Positions 44,813 to 55,576 of a stretch of DNA of 56,030 nt are shown piece after piece. This DNA is from a virus (lineage: Duplodnaviria > Caudoviricetes): IMG/VR virus record IMGVR_UViG_3300035703_000118, positions 1 through 56,030 of that record. One strand, 5' to 3'. How positions within the stretch are numbered: the first letter of the stretch is position 1; every line of letters begins with the position of its first letter. The notes beneath the pieces are model-generated. The model searched no databases. It saw nothing but the letters and a program-made list of their open reading frames with translations, and was not told the DNA's origin. The translations under genes and the position numbers were made by a program.

Positions 44813-47800
44813 TACGGCTGGCCCCCCATCGCAACCATCTGCTTGTTTCCTTTGTTTGAGGCCCGTGCAATCTCTACCGAGTCTACCGCAATCACGACAT
44901 CGCCCGATCCGCCAGCGGCACGCAGTATGGCGCGATCCGTGGGAGACAATTCCACCATGAGCGCACCGCCGCCCCGAACCGGGCCGCCGCCAGCATAGGA
45001 TGCGCCACGACTAGACGGCATTTGACCGCCAAGCGCGTTCATGTATGAAGGCTTCGGCAAGCCCGTCGCCTGGTTGACGCCAGACTTCGGCACGACGTAC
45101 TCGCCCTTGTGGACTACACCGGCAGGGTCGTACTTGCCGCCGCGACCCGTGTAGCCACCCGTGTAATACTGACCCGAGTTGTAGAGGTCACTGAGCGACC
45201 TTGCGCGATCGCCGAAAAGCACTCTTCGGGAGGCCGGTTCTGCCGGATTTGAGGCGATGGCGAGCGCGGATTGAATGGATGCCAAGATTGCCGCACCGCG
45301 AGCTTGCTTTTTGAGCGCATCACTATACGCCTCACTGAAGCCAGCGCCCGCAGCCCCGCCAGCCGAGCGCGCTTGGGCGACGAACTCGTTGAGGGCCTGG
45401 AGCGCAGGGTTGACGTTTGCTGTCACCGTGATGTTGCGCGGCACGTTAGCAATTACCGTCGAGAGGTCATCGAACGATGCAATGTACGGTTGCAGTTGTG
45501 TGTTGCTAAACCCGAGGGCTTGCGCCTGCGCCAAGAACTCCGCCCGTGACTTGTTGACGGCAGCGTTCAACTCCGACTGGTCGGCACCGCCAGCGGCAAG
45601 CGCGGTGATGTAATCTTCGTAGTTTTTGATGAGGCCAGTCAGCACGCTACGGTTCTGGCGAGCGGCTTTCGAGTTGCCTTGCAGTTCCGTGGAGGCGTCG
45701 GCCTGCGTTTCGGCAATCTTTTCGTTTAGTTCAGCGATTTCGCCGCGCAACACATCGCCACGCAAGGTGTCACCGTATGCGTCTGCCACTGACAGGAAGT
45801 ATTCTTTGATGGAGCGGTCGGCGGTGAGTTGCTGGATTTCGATTCGCGCGTCACGGATGCGCTGAGCAAGAGCATCCCACGAGTCGGCCACGTCATCGAC
45901 CGCCAACTGCGATCCGAAGCGAATGTCAAAAGAACGGCTAAAAACACTCGACAGGTCGTTGGCGTAGTCCACAAGCGTGCGAACTTGGCGTCCAGCGCCA
46001 CCGGCTGAAGACCCAACGCCGTCGAGGGCAGAGGCATAGTCTTCGGCCCCGCCCGTTGCCGTTGCGTAAGGGTTTGTTACTGCGGCAGGCCCCTGATTCG
46101 GGTTCTTGAAAGAACTAGACGCTGGGCCTTTAGTCCTTGCAACTTTTGCTCCGCCAAAACCTCCACTGTTGAAGAATTGGAATATGCCACCTAGCGGCCC
46201 CGCCAAAATGCTTGCGGCCATTAGTTCCATGTTGCGACGGATGTTTGCCGTAGATTGCGCAGCCTGGGCTTCGGTCTGCCCAAGGGCTTGAGAAACCCCG
46301 TTGTACCATGCGTAGAACGATCCGAGGTTTTGGTCTAAGGCGCGACTCATGTCTTTGCCGCCGTTGAGCACAATGTCGGTAAGTCCGATGAAGGCGGTTG
46401 CGACAAGGCCGATAAGCCCGAGTCGAGCGGCAAGTCCACCTATTGCCCCATTGAGGGCCAACATGGAAAATGCGGCCCTATTGCCAGAGGCGGAAACAAA
46501 GCCAAGAGTTGTTGCCATCGTGCCCAGCGAAGCGATGATCCCCGTTCCGCCGAGCGCCAGAGAAGCCGTCTTAATGGCAAACAGTGAAGCAACGGTTAGT
46601 GCCGCTGCCGCGCGAACCGCCGCAAGTGCGCCAACCAGTATAAGCAGTGCGCTGGCGGCACGGAATAGGGTTTGCCCCACCGGCGATCCCGCGATTTCGG
46701 TAAGCGCCCCAAAGAACCCAGCCATCGCCGGTAACGCGGTGCGCAGGAACTCCAAGAATGGCTGTCCAGCAGTTGCCAGGAAACGCCCAATAGAGTTGAG
46801 GAGCAATTGAAATTGACTCGCCACATCATCGAGCACAACGGCGAACGCTTGGTCGAGGAAGAGGCCCTTTTCAAACGCAGTCTGAGCGTTACCCATGTCC
46901 TGCTCGACCTGGTTCAAGTTTTGGCTCAGACGCCGGAATGTGTCAGTAACGCGCAGTTGCGCAAGGCCAAGGCGCTCAAGCGACGCGGTAACAGCAACAT
47001 TGTCGCCACGTATGTCATTCAAGCCCTCAACAAACCCGCGCAACACTTCTTCACCTTGGCCGTTACGCACCATTGCCTCAAGTTGCTCAGAGGTGACGCC
47101 TACAACCGTGGCGAAGTCGGAAAGCCGTTGCCCACCATCAGCGACCGCCAAGTTCAGCGTTCCGAAGAAGGTTTCCAGCGAACCGCGAGACTTTTCAGGT
47201 GCCACACCAAGGGAGGCGAGCGACCCTGCAAGACCAACCACTTCGGCCGCAGTGAACCCAGCGCCCGATGCGGCGGCGGCGATTTCTTTGGTGACCGAAA
47301 TGAGTTGCGCTTCAGTCGTGTTCGACTTGCTTGCAACAAACGCAATTGCTGAACCCAAGTTTTCGTACTTGGCGGCAGGTACGTCAAGAAGCTCACCGAT
47401 GCGACCGAACGCAAGTGCCGACTCTTCCGCAGAGATGCCCGACAGCCGGGAGAACTTCGCAACGGTGTCGGTAAACGAAACCAAGTCGGCCTCAGCAATG
47501 CCCAACTGCGCACCGAGCGAGCCGATCTTTGTCAACTCTTGGAAAGTCAGCGGTAGGACTTCCGAGAGGTCAAGGAATTGCTCGCGCAAGCCTTCCAGGC
47601 CCGCACTTGAGCGCCCAGCCGAGTCAAGGGTGGTGCGCTCAATCTCCGTGAAGGCAGTCTCATAGCGCGCCGCAAACAGGCTTGTCGCCGTGACAGCACC
47701 GAGGGTTGCTGCGGAGACTGCGGCATATGTGGTGGCTACGTCGTAGAGGGCGTAGCGGGTGCGAATGAGGTTGCCCTCTTGCGCCGCGAGCGACGCAGTG

Positions 47801-48105
47801 TGGGCCGCAACGCCGGAAGTGGCGCGCTCCTGGTGTCTTAGGTAGTCCTCGTAGATGCGGTTCTGAGCATCCCAAGCTTTTTCGGCTTTCTTTAGCGCGC
47901 GCTCTTGCGCAAGGGTGTCATTGGTTGAGCCGACAATTGCCTTACGGGCATTGTTGAGGTTCTTGTCAATGGCATCGACTTGCCTACCAGTAAGGCCAAC
48001 GGAACTAGCAAACTTAATGTTCGCGTCAATCGCCCGGTCTATCGCGGCGACGTAATCTCGAACGTCGGCTGAAATCTGAGCTTCCATATTGAAGTCGTCA
48101 GCCAC
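44812..48105 (-). CDS. Tape measure protein
   Basis: 1097 aa, Ala/Gly-rich and helical, with hydrophobic segments and a GGYTG..G....G.VH.GEYV motif. Confidence 0.93.
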   Translation of the reverse strand: MADDFNMEAQISADVRDYVAAIDRAIDANIKFASSVGLTGRQVDAIDKNLNNARKAIVGSTNDTLAQERALKKAEKAWDAQNRIYEDYLRHQERATSGVAAHTASLAAQEGNLIRTRYALYDVATTYAAVSAATLGAVTATSLFAARYETAFTEIERTTLDSAGRSSAGLEGLREQFLDLSEVLPLTFQELTKIGSLGAQLGIAEADLVSFTDTVAKFSRLSGISAEESALAFGRIGELLDVPAAKYENLGSAIAFVASKSNTTEAQLISVTKEIAAAASGAGFTAAEVVGLAGSLASLGVAPEKSRGSLETFFGTLNLAVADGGQRLSDFATVVGVTSEQLEAMVRNGQGEEVLRGFVEGLNDIRGDNVAVTASLERLGLAQLRVTDTFRRLSQNLNQVEQDMGNAQTAFEKGLFLDQAFAVVLDDVASQFQLLLNSIGRFLATAGQPFLEFLRTALPAMAGFFGALTEIAGSPVGQTLFRAASALLILVGALAAVRAAAALTVASLFAIKTASLALGGTGIIASLGTMATTLGFVSASGNRAAFSMLALNGAIGGLAARLGLIGLVATAFIGLTDIVLNGGKDMSRALDQNLGSFYAWYNGVSQALGQTEAQAAQSTANIRRNMELMAASILAGPLGGIFQFFNSGGFGGAKVARTKGPASSSFKNPNQGPAAVTNPYATATGGAEDYASALDGVGSSAGGAGRQVRTLVDYANDLSSVFSRSFDIRFGSQLAVDDVADSWDALAQRIRDARIEIQQLTADRSIKEYFLSVADAYGDTLRGDVLRGEIAELNEKIAETQADASTELQGNSKAARQNRSVLTGLIKNYEDYITALAAGGADQSELNAAVNKSRAEFLAQAQALGFSNTQLQPYIASFDDLSTVIANVPRNITVTANVNPALQALNEFVAQARSAGGAAGAGFSEAYSDALKKQARGAAILASIQSALAIASNPAEPASRRVLFGDRARSLSDLYNSGQYYTGGYTGRGGKYDPAGVVHKGEYVVPKSGVNQATGLPKPSYMNALGGQMPSSRGASYAGGGPVRGGGALMVELSPTDRAILRAAGGSGDVVIAVDSVEIARASNKGNKQMVAMGGQP

Positions 48106-48147
48106 GCCAGCCCCTACCGATTGAGAATTAAGTCTTAGACCATTCTA

Positions 48148-48576
48148 TCAGTCGGGACTTGCCTGTTTGGCGATGTAATCATAGTAGTCGTCACGAGTCG
48201 GCAATTCACTAACGGCCGAATCCGGCACGGCGCGCACAAACTCATATTCGCCGTCTTTCAAATCCTTCTTTTTCTTCTGACGCTCTTTACGGCGCTTAGA
48301 CAACTCTTTATCGGCATAACACACATAAGTGTCAACCTCAAAGCGAATTGCGCTATCGGGATTGCGACACAGCCAAACGGGGTTGCCGCACTTATCACAC
48401 ATCTCTGAATTGAGGCGCGAAAAAGCAACGGCAAACTTGTGATCCCATTCAGACCAATTAGAGTTAGGTTTCTTCAGCGCAAGAATGTGCGCGCTAGGCC
48501 GCAAGCCCAATTCGATTGCAGACTTCAGATGCTCCATGTAGCGTGCTCCTGGTTTTGAGGCCAGAAGCTGAATCAA
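48148..48576 (-). CDS. Tail assembly chaperone, second ORF (probable -1 frameshift extension)
   Basis: Overlaps the upstream TAC at GATTTTTGA in the -1 frame. Confidence 0.65.
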   Translation of the reverse strand: MIQLLASKPGARYMEHLKSAIELGLRPSAHILALKKPNSNWSEWDHKFAVAFSRLNSEMCDKCGNPVWLCRNPDSAIRFEVDTYVCYADKELSKRRKERQKKKKDLKDGEYEFVRAVPDSAVSELPTRDDYYDYIAKQASPD

Positions 48577-49223
48577 AAATCTGCGTCGATAGCCCCACGC
48601 AGGTAGTCGTCAGTGATTGACAACTTCAGGGCCATAGACCACAACTTGCCGAACTCAATGGTCGGCCATTTGTCGCGGAAATCAGCCACGTCCTCGTGCG
48701 TGAATCCGGCGTGCTGAATGTGGGCTGCAATAACGCGATCCTGGTAGAAGTCGTCGCGCTCCTCGGCAAACGTGGGGTCGTCGGGCGTGCCAGCCGGGGG
48801 CAGCGGGTAGTCTTTGCGCACATCGTTTCGGATGCGCTTGATGGCGCGCTTGCCCAAACCACGGAACTCGAACGTCACCGCAGAGGCTTCAATGGCCTCA
48901 CGCAGTTCAGCACCTTCGGCCTCCAGCGATTCCAGGCGGGGCTTCAGCGCCAGAATGCGTGCCTCGTATTCGGCATCCTCTTCGCTAATCTGACGAGCCG
49001 ATTCGGCCTTCAGCGTGCGCAGCGCCTCATTGTGCTTCTCAAACGCCAAGTTGATGCGCTTGTTCGGATACACGGTAACCGTGTCCGACACGTCAATGTC
49101 TTCGGCCAGAATCTTGCGCACGGCATCCGGGTCTGAGGCGAGGCGCTTTTTGATTTCTTCAGCGCCGCTAATGGCGCTTTCGATAATCTCGTTCTCGTTG
49201 ATGCCGTCGTTGTCCGTTGACAT
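48573..49223 (-). CDS. Tail assembly chaperone
   Basis: AGGAGG RBS; between tail tube and tape measure genes. Confidence 0.75.
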   Translation of the reverse strand: MSTDNDGINENEIIESAISGAEEIKKRLASDPDAVRKILAEDIDVSDTVTVYPNKRINLAFEKHNEALRTLKAESARQISEEDAEYEARILALKPRLESLEAEGAELREAIEASAVTFEFRGLGKRAIKRIRNDVRKDYPLPPAGTPDDPTFAEERDDFYQDRVIAAHIQHAGFTHEDVADFRDKWPTIEFGKLWSMALKLSITDDYLRGAIDADF

Positions 49224-49299
49224 TAATCCTCCTAAAAGACTTTGACCCGCCAACCCATTAAAGTTGGGCGGCGGGTCTTAGTCTAGCAGGTTTGCTGGT

Positions 49300-50055
49300 C
49301 TAGCTCACGGTTGCGGCAAGCACATCGGGCGTGCCCGAAGCGCCGTAACTCACGGTCACGTTGACCGGCCCGCCAGTGGCAACGGCGGTCACGACGCCGT
49401 GGTTGGAAACCGTCACGACCGCAGGGTTGGCGCTGACGTAGGTTGCACGCGAGCGGATTGACTTCCCATCGAGTGTGGGAAGAAGCACTAGGCGGTCACC
49501 CACCGCCATCGTGTCCGTCGCCGGGATGCCCAACACGGCAGAGCCGGAAGCGACCATCGTGTTCGTGTAGAGCAGACCTTGAGGCAGGAAGTTGACTTGG
49601 AACTTCGTGGACGTGTCACCCGAGGTCAAGTCAGCGGTGAACGAAACAGTAACCTTGTACACGCTGATGTTGTCAGCCGCAGCAAACACCTGAGTAGCGG
49701 GCTTCTCGGCAATGCGCGTGACTAGGTAGCCCGTCACGCCCGACGTGCGGAACGCCTCAAAAGCATCCACATACACCGAGTCGGTGGCCTGGTTGTTCTT
49801 GTCGCGGAAGAAGTCAAGCACGGCCTCATAGTTGCCCGAGCCACGGCTAACCGCGTTGCCCAGGTCGGTGAGTGCGCGGTCTTCAATGTCGTCAGAACCG
49901 GTGGAGCCAAGCGCATAATCTTCCCAAGCGATAGCACTTGACAGATCAAGGCCATCGTTGTTCAGTTCAGTTGCGCTAGGGAACTCAGGGTTGGTGAGGT
50001 CGGCTTCAAGAATCCACGCAACCTTCACGTATCCGTTAGCAGTTTGCTTAGCCAT
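49300..50055 (-). CDS. Tail tube protein 2 with C-terminal Ig-like domain
   Basis: PSATELN....DLS.AI tube motif; C-terminal YVSANPAVVTVS..GVVTAV..G (Big_2-like). Confidence 0.8.
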   Translation of the reverse strand: MAKQTANGYVKVAWILEADLTNPEFPSATELNNDGLDLSSAIAWEDYALGSTGSDDIEDRALTDLGNAVSRGSGNYEAVLDFFRDKNNQATDSVYVDAFEAFRTSGVTGYLVTRIAEKPATQVFAAADNISVYKVTVSFTADLTSGDTSTKFQVNFLPQGLLYTNTMVASGSAVLGIPATDTMAVGDRLVLLPTLDGKSIRSRATYVSANPAVVTVSNHGVVTAVATGGPVNVTVSYGASGTPDVLAATVS

Positions 50056-50585
50056 TACGCGACCACGCTCACATTCGTGTAGATTTCGCCCTGCGGCTTA
50101 AACCGAGCGCCGAAGTAGGTAAGACCGCCATCTTCGGCAATGTCCGTGCCGTAGTCGGTCTCGAAAAGGAAGGCCGAGATGATGTCGTTTTCGGCAATGA
50201 CTTCGCCCTGCAACTTGTCCACGCGCTTGATGAGCCAGTATTCGCGGCCCACCCCGTTGAAGAGGTCGTAGAACGTGTTGTAGTAGGGGGTGTCAGTCGT
50301 GCCGGTCTTGTTGCGGAAACCGTCAAGCTCCGCCTCATAGTTGCGGTACGTCTGGGTCTCGACGCTTGCAATGTCGCACAAACTTTGCGTGTCGTCCGTT
50401 GCGGGGTCGGTCTCGTTCAGCGACTCGCCGCTGTCGTCCGTAATGGCGCACGAAATGTCGAGGATGAGGCCGTCAGCAACATCCAGTGCGATGTCGGCGG
50501 CGCTCGGCGCGCTCCAGTCGGTGCGGGCCTCCGGAAATGCGGCCCAGATTGAAATATGGCCCCTCAGTACCTTTTGCTCCGCCAT
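50055..50585 (-). CDS. Tail tube protein 1
   Basis: PSAADI...DISCAI...NYEA.LD.FR, paralogous to 49300..50055. Confidence 0.8.
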   Translation of the reverse strand: MAEQKVLRGHISIWAAFPEARTDWSAPSAADIALDVADGLILDISCAITDDSGESLNETDPATDDTQSLCDIASVETQTYRNYEAELDGFRNKTGTTDTPYYNTFYDLFNGVGREYWLIKRVDKLQGEVIAENDIISAFLFETDYGTDIAEDGGLTYFGARFKPQGEIYTNVSVVA

Positions 50586-50812
50586 TAGCCGCTTACCTCA
50601 TCAAAATCAGTCACAGGGGACTCCTTGGTAGTCTTGTCCTCCGCAGGAGCCTCGGACTTCTTGGGGTAGACCTTTTTGGCAATAACAACCTTGTCGGACT
50701 CTTCTTCGTCCTCAAAATACAGTTCGAGGTTTTTGCCGAGTTTCCGGTGCGAAATGATATTTAGGGGATAGTCCCTAATCACTCCGGTGACAGTGTTGAT
50801 TGCTAAAGGCAT
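50585..50812 (-). CDS. Small protein upstream of the tail tube genes
   Basis: 75 aa; TAAACT 6 nt before the ATG. Confidence 0.7.
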   Translation of the reverse strand: MPLAINTVTGVIRDYPLNIISHRKLGKNLELYFEDEEESDKVVIAKKVYPKKSEAPAEDKTTKESPVTDFDEVSG

Positions 50813-50838
50813 GAGTCCAGTTTACACCATGGGGTGTA

Positions 50839-51270
50839 TTATGCGTCGGTGAGATTAGCCCAGTACAAAAAGTAGACTTCACTAACGTACACTGTCGGTT
50901 TCGACTCAACGACTTGGCTGAACTGTCCCCCACCAATCAGCCGCAACGGCCCCGTATTATTCGACACCGAATATCCCGTGCCCACTTCGGCAATCTTGCC
51001 AGCGATTTCACGCGCCACCTTGCCGCTGGAAGCCACCGCACTCAAAACGACACGCTGGCTAGTGGGCTGCTTCTCCTCACCAGCCACACTCCGCCCCTGA
51101 GTGGTTGCAACCGGCGAACCAAAGTCGATAACGACATAGGGCACGAGGATGTTGTTCGTCCACGGCATGTCACCGGGTTCCGGGTAGCCATCTTCAAGCA
51201 CGTCTTGCGCAAGCTGAGTGCGGAAATATGCGGCCAGTGCTTCCTGGTCTGCGTAAGGGTTAACCGTCAT
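50839..51270 (-). CDS. Tail terminator
   Basis: 143 aa, PYVV motif, canonical position. Confidence 0.65.
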   Translation of the reverse strand: MTVNPYADQEALAAYFRTQLAQDVLEDGYPEPGDMPWTNNILVPYVVIDFGSPVATTQGRSVAGEEKQPTSQRVVLSAVASSGKVAREIAGKIAEVGTGYSVSNNTGPLRLIGGGQFSQVVESKPTVYVSEVYFLYWANLTDA

Positions 51271-51692
51271 TTGCCGAACTCTGCTTTCATTCTCGCCATA
51301 AACTTTTCACGCACAACCACATATGAGTCGAGCAGGCTGCGCGCTTCAGGCACACCGTAGCCTTTTTCTTGAATCTCAAAGTATTCAAGAATCTCTTTCA
51401 GCCAGCCCCATCGGCCTACGATCAGGGTTTTTGACTCTTTTTTCGTGTCAGAAGAAATGGCTTTCATCATGTCGCCAGAATCGTTGCGTCCAGCACTATT
51501 ACCGATGTTACGCCCGAAGCGGTAGCGTCCATAAGGTGTGGTCGCTTTGTCAAGGAAGTCGCGTTGGATTTCTTCGCCCTCTTTTACGCTTTCATCAACG
51601 ATGGCAAAAGCCTTTAGCGGGATTTCACGCTTCCGTTTTTGCAACTCCGCGATAAGCGCCTGCGGGCTACCTTTCGTGTACTTGACTCCCAT
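51267..51692 (-). CDS. Neck/tail-completion protein (HK97 gp10-like)
   Basis: GRNDSGDM...I and Y...QE.G pattern; position. Confidence 0.6.
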   Translation of the reverse strand: MGVKYTKGSPQALIAELQKRKREIPLKAFAIVDESVKEGEEIQRDFLDKATTPYGRYRFGRNIGNSAGRNDSGDMMKAISSDTKKESKTLIVGRWGWLKEILEYFEIQEKGYGVPEARSLLDSYVVVREKFMARMKAEFGK

Positions 51693-52114
51693 TAGACGAC
51701 ATTTTCTACGTTCACAGTCGCCTCAATGGTGGTCGTTGCGCGCCAAGACGAGTTGACTTCCGAATCCACCGCAAACAAGTAGCCAAGCAGTTCCGGGTTG
51801 CGCTCAGCAGCAGTCACACTAATCAGCCAGCCGCGCTTGATGCGCCCACTATACGAGTCACGAGGTATTTGCACTCGGATGCGAACTTCACCGCTAGGAT
51901 TACCGCCACCGCGCGTATCAACGGAAAGCCGCACGGGCTGCACGCGCGCCGGAATGCCCGAAGCCACCACGGACGAGCCGGTGTTGGTGTACTCGTTGGT
52001 GTCCACGTCAAAATCTGATGTAACGAGCGAAGGGTCAAGGATGCTCACCGTTGCGTTCATAAAAGTGGTGCTGACGTTGGCAATTTGGTCAGCCCAGACG
52101 ACCTGCTCTTTCAT
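51692..52114 (-). CDS. Head-to-tail stopper (DUF6093-like)
   Basis: M...V.I...D.......G..ARVQ...RVQIP; ATG overlaps the upstream TGA. Confidence 0.7.
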   Translation of the reverse strand: MKEQVVWADQIANVSTTFMNATVSILDPSLVTSDFDVDTNEYTNTGSSVVASGIPARVQPVRLSVDTRGGGNPSGEVRIRVQIPRDSYSGRIKRGWLISVTAAERNPELLGYLFAVDSEVNSSWRATTTIEATVNVENVV

Positions 52115-52554
52115 CAGGGAATATACCCAATCGGCCAGGGCCAGCGCGTAATCGGCACCGGGCCAAGCTCGGGGGGCCACTCGTATTGCTTGCCCGTGTC
52201 AACAATCAGGAAACCCTCATCGCCTTCCGCATCTGCCGCCTCGCCTTGGGCAAACATCTGCCGCGCTTGTTCGCGGAACTGTTCGGCACGCTCACGCATG
52301 TCCACTTGCAGATCGTAGTCCTTGACAGTCTGCGCTTGGTCTGCGGCCTGTGTGGCGAGAGCATTGAGGGCCAAGCCTGCGGCGCGGTAGATGTTCGTGT
52401 TGAGCAGCAGGTAGCCGTCAATTTCGTCGTCACTGAAAAAGGCGTAGTTGCCGACACCCTGGTTGACCCCAGTGGCGTTAGTGTCGCCCACCAAAAGCCG
52501 GAACTTTCCGACATCGGTAGTGAAAACTGGGGGGAAGACGCCGGAAGTTGACAT
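52114..52554 (-). CDS. Head-to-tail adaptor
   Basis: VG..RLLVGD...FSDDEI...L.....RAA..A motif. Confidence 0.75.
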   Translation of the reverse strand: MSTSGVFPPVFTTDVGKFRLLVGDTNATGVNQGVGNYAFFSDDEIDGYLLLNTNIYRAAGLALNALATQAADQAQTVKDYDLQVDMRERAEQFREQARQMFAQGEAADAEGDEGFLIVDTGKQYEWPPELGPVPITRWPWPIGYIP

Positions 52555-52581
52555 GAGACTATTCTACAGCGTTGGCGATTC

Positions 52582-54059
52582 TTAGATAAAGGTGGTATTG
52601 ACCATCGCGCCAGCGGCAGTTGCCGTCGTGTCTGTATTTGCCGCCGCCCCTGTAATTGCCATAGCAATTCCCGTCGCAAAACGTTCACCCATTGGCCCGA
52701 AGTCGCTGATAAATACGGCACCTGCCAACACCGGAATAACAAGCACCGGCACCGCAGATGCAAGGGTTGGGGCCGTCGTCTGGTTATACAACTTTACGAA
52801 AATTGGCGATGCGGTTTGGTTGAAAATGGAGATGTTGTAAACCGTGCCAGCAGATGCCTTCAGAAATGAAGTATTCGTAGTCGTGGTGGTAATTGTGCGA
52901 GTAGTCGTTGGCGTTGCGGGCGTGTTCGTCGTCGTGCCCGCGCTAGTCAGCGAGCCACCAACCGTGAACGTGCCGGAACCCGTCACCGCGCCAACAATGT
53001 TCGACCCTGCCGCCAAGCGCGCGTCAAGCGTGTGCATGGAGGGGGCTTGACGCTGATCCTGAATGACCACATCTTGCCCCGCGAAGTTGGCAATCGTCAC
53101 AGAGCCAATAGTCCATGTGGTCGTAGAGGCTGGGTTGGTTGTACCGTTGACGCTGCGCAGTTGCAAGTAAAGGTTTTGGTCGTCGGGCACATTGACGGCA
53201 CGATAGGCGCGGTCGGTAATGTTGGGCGACGTTGCCGAAGTAACAACTTGATCGGATACGCGCGCACGGGCGTCATTGCCGCTAATGATGATCGCGTGGC
53301 CGGGGCTTACGGTCGTGTTGATGGTCAGGGTCGTGTCAGTGTCTTTCCATCCGTACCGTTGGTTGTTGTAGGTGGCGGCTGTTGCCGTGGTGCCGCTGTA
53401 CACAACTTGGTAGTACGACCAGCCGAACGCGCTGACGGTGCCCGTGCCCGCCGAGCCGCCCGCAATGGTCAGAGTAATGACGTTGCTGGCAATAGATGCG
53501 ATGGTGGCACGTTGCGACGGAAGGGTGCCCGTACCCGAATACCCGCCAACGGTGAATGCTTGACCCACGCTCATCTGAGTCGGAACCGAAGGTAGGGTTA
53601 CCGTCATTGATGTCGCGCTGGCAATTGTGGCCGCTAAAGCATCGCCCAAAACGTCAACAAGTTCGACAATGAAGCTCTGGTTGGCGATTCTCTGTGACAG
53701 GAAGCTCGCGCAACTAAGCCGGACGCCACCCGAGTAGGTTTCCAACCCCCGCAAAATAATTTCTTGGTTTGCGGTCGTACCTGTAGTGATAACTAGGTTC
53801 CCGCCACCCTGGCTGACACCGACACCCGCGCTACGAAAAACAATGCTGAGCATGTCCGTATCGACTGCGTTTGCGGCGACAACTTTGCTAAAGCCCAGTC
53901 GATGCTGGCGCTGGGGAACTGACTGAACCGGAACTGCGGTAGTGAACTCAGTGGGGATTGTGTCGGCTGCAATCAGCGGCGGCGTTTTAGCATCAATGGA
54001 CTCAACGGCAACCTCCGTGGCCGCACTTGAAGTTTCAAGATTCTGAAATACGGATGGCA

Positions 54060-54060
<1 letters not shown>
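52582..54060 (-). CDS. Large beta-rich fibre/receptor-binding-like structural protein
   Basis: 492 aa, T/A/S/G/V-rich, TAATG-coupled to the collagen gene. Confidence 0.6.
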
Positions 54061-54744
<684 letters not shown>

Positions 54745-54752
<8 letters not shown>

Positions 54753-55089
54753 GAGTTACATCCTGAGTCCACACGGTGCGCCCTTGAAGGAAGGTGCGCT
54801 CAATGGGGCCATTGATGCCGCGCAAATCCATGAAGCCATCTGAGCCAAGAGACTGCGCTTGACCCGAAGTCATGGTTAGGATAATCACGCCATTGGCTTT
54901 GTCGCTCTGGTCAACCGTGAAGGCCACGAACTCTTCATCGCTACGGTTTTTGCGCCACTGTGCGCTAAACGTCCAAGCGGAAAGGTCTACCGGGTCACCT
55001 GCGGGTTCTGGCTCGGTGCGGAAACGGTATTCCAAATAAACGCTGTCGCCTGCGTAAATTGGGATGTCGCTAACGGTTGCCGGTGCCAT
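54745..55089 (-). CDS. Fibre-attachment (BppU/LtfC-like) protein
   Basis: I.AGD...PVDLS....AQ.R...G.I.LT....DL......G.V...DVT pattern. Confidence 0.6.
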
Positions 55090-55128
55090 GAGAGCCTTTC
55101 GTTGCCTAGAAACAAGTTTATCAGGCGC

Positions 55129-55222
55129 AAAAGGCCCCCTCGGAATCTGCCCGAAAGGAGAAGGAGGGAAAAACTTTCGGGTGACTCTACGAGGGGGCCG
55201 CGAGCGGGAAGGGCACTCGCTT
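55129..55222 (-). ncRNA. Candidate ~95-nt sRNA with C/U-rich loops
   Basis: Own TGCTAGGAT -10 (55229-55237), two hairpins, terminal GC stem followed by TTTT. Confidence 0.55.
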
Positions 55223-55237
55223 TATTACATCCTAGCA

Positions 55238-55280
55238 CGCCAAAACGCCCTGGGATTTTCAGGCCCCAGGGCGTTTAGCG
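55238..55280 (-). terminator. Intrinsic terminator
   Basis: AAACGCCCTGGG...CCCAGGGCGTTTT. Confidence 0.75.
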
Positions 55281-55309
55281 TTACCTTGTCGGGTATAACC
55301 CTATTTGGA

Positions 55310-55525
55310 TCAGGAGAAGAAGGGGCTGGCCTTCAGTTCCGTTACCAAGGTATTCAGGTAGGTGCGAACAGCCGCGAGGTCAGCAAACGACCCCGGAACG
55401 GCAGTAAGCGCCTGAACCTGCGCAGTCGGAACCGGCAGGTTGCCCACGATAACCAACGGCTCAGGATCGTGCGTGGCCGGATTGGTTGCCGACTGCGTAA
55501 GCACGACGGGCTTGGGTGAAGTCAT
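55310..55525 (-). CDS. Small capsid-associated/head-fibre-like protein
   Basis: 71 aa, ADLAAV...LN.LV.ELKA coiled motif; first structural gene after the capsid and endonuclease genes. Confidence 0.6.
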   Translation of the reverse strand: MTSPKPVVLTQSATNPATHDPEPLVIVGNLPVPTAQVQALTAVPGSFADLAAVRTYLNTLVTELKASPFFS

Positions 55526-55576
55526 GGTGTTGTCCTAACGTTAGGTGGTGCGACTAGTCGTTTCCAGTTTACCGCA

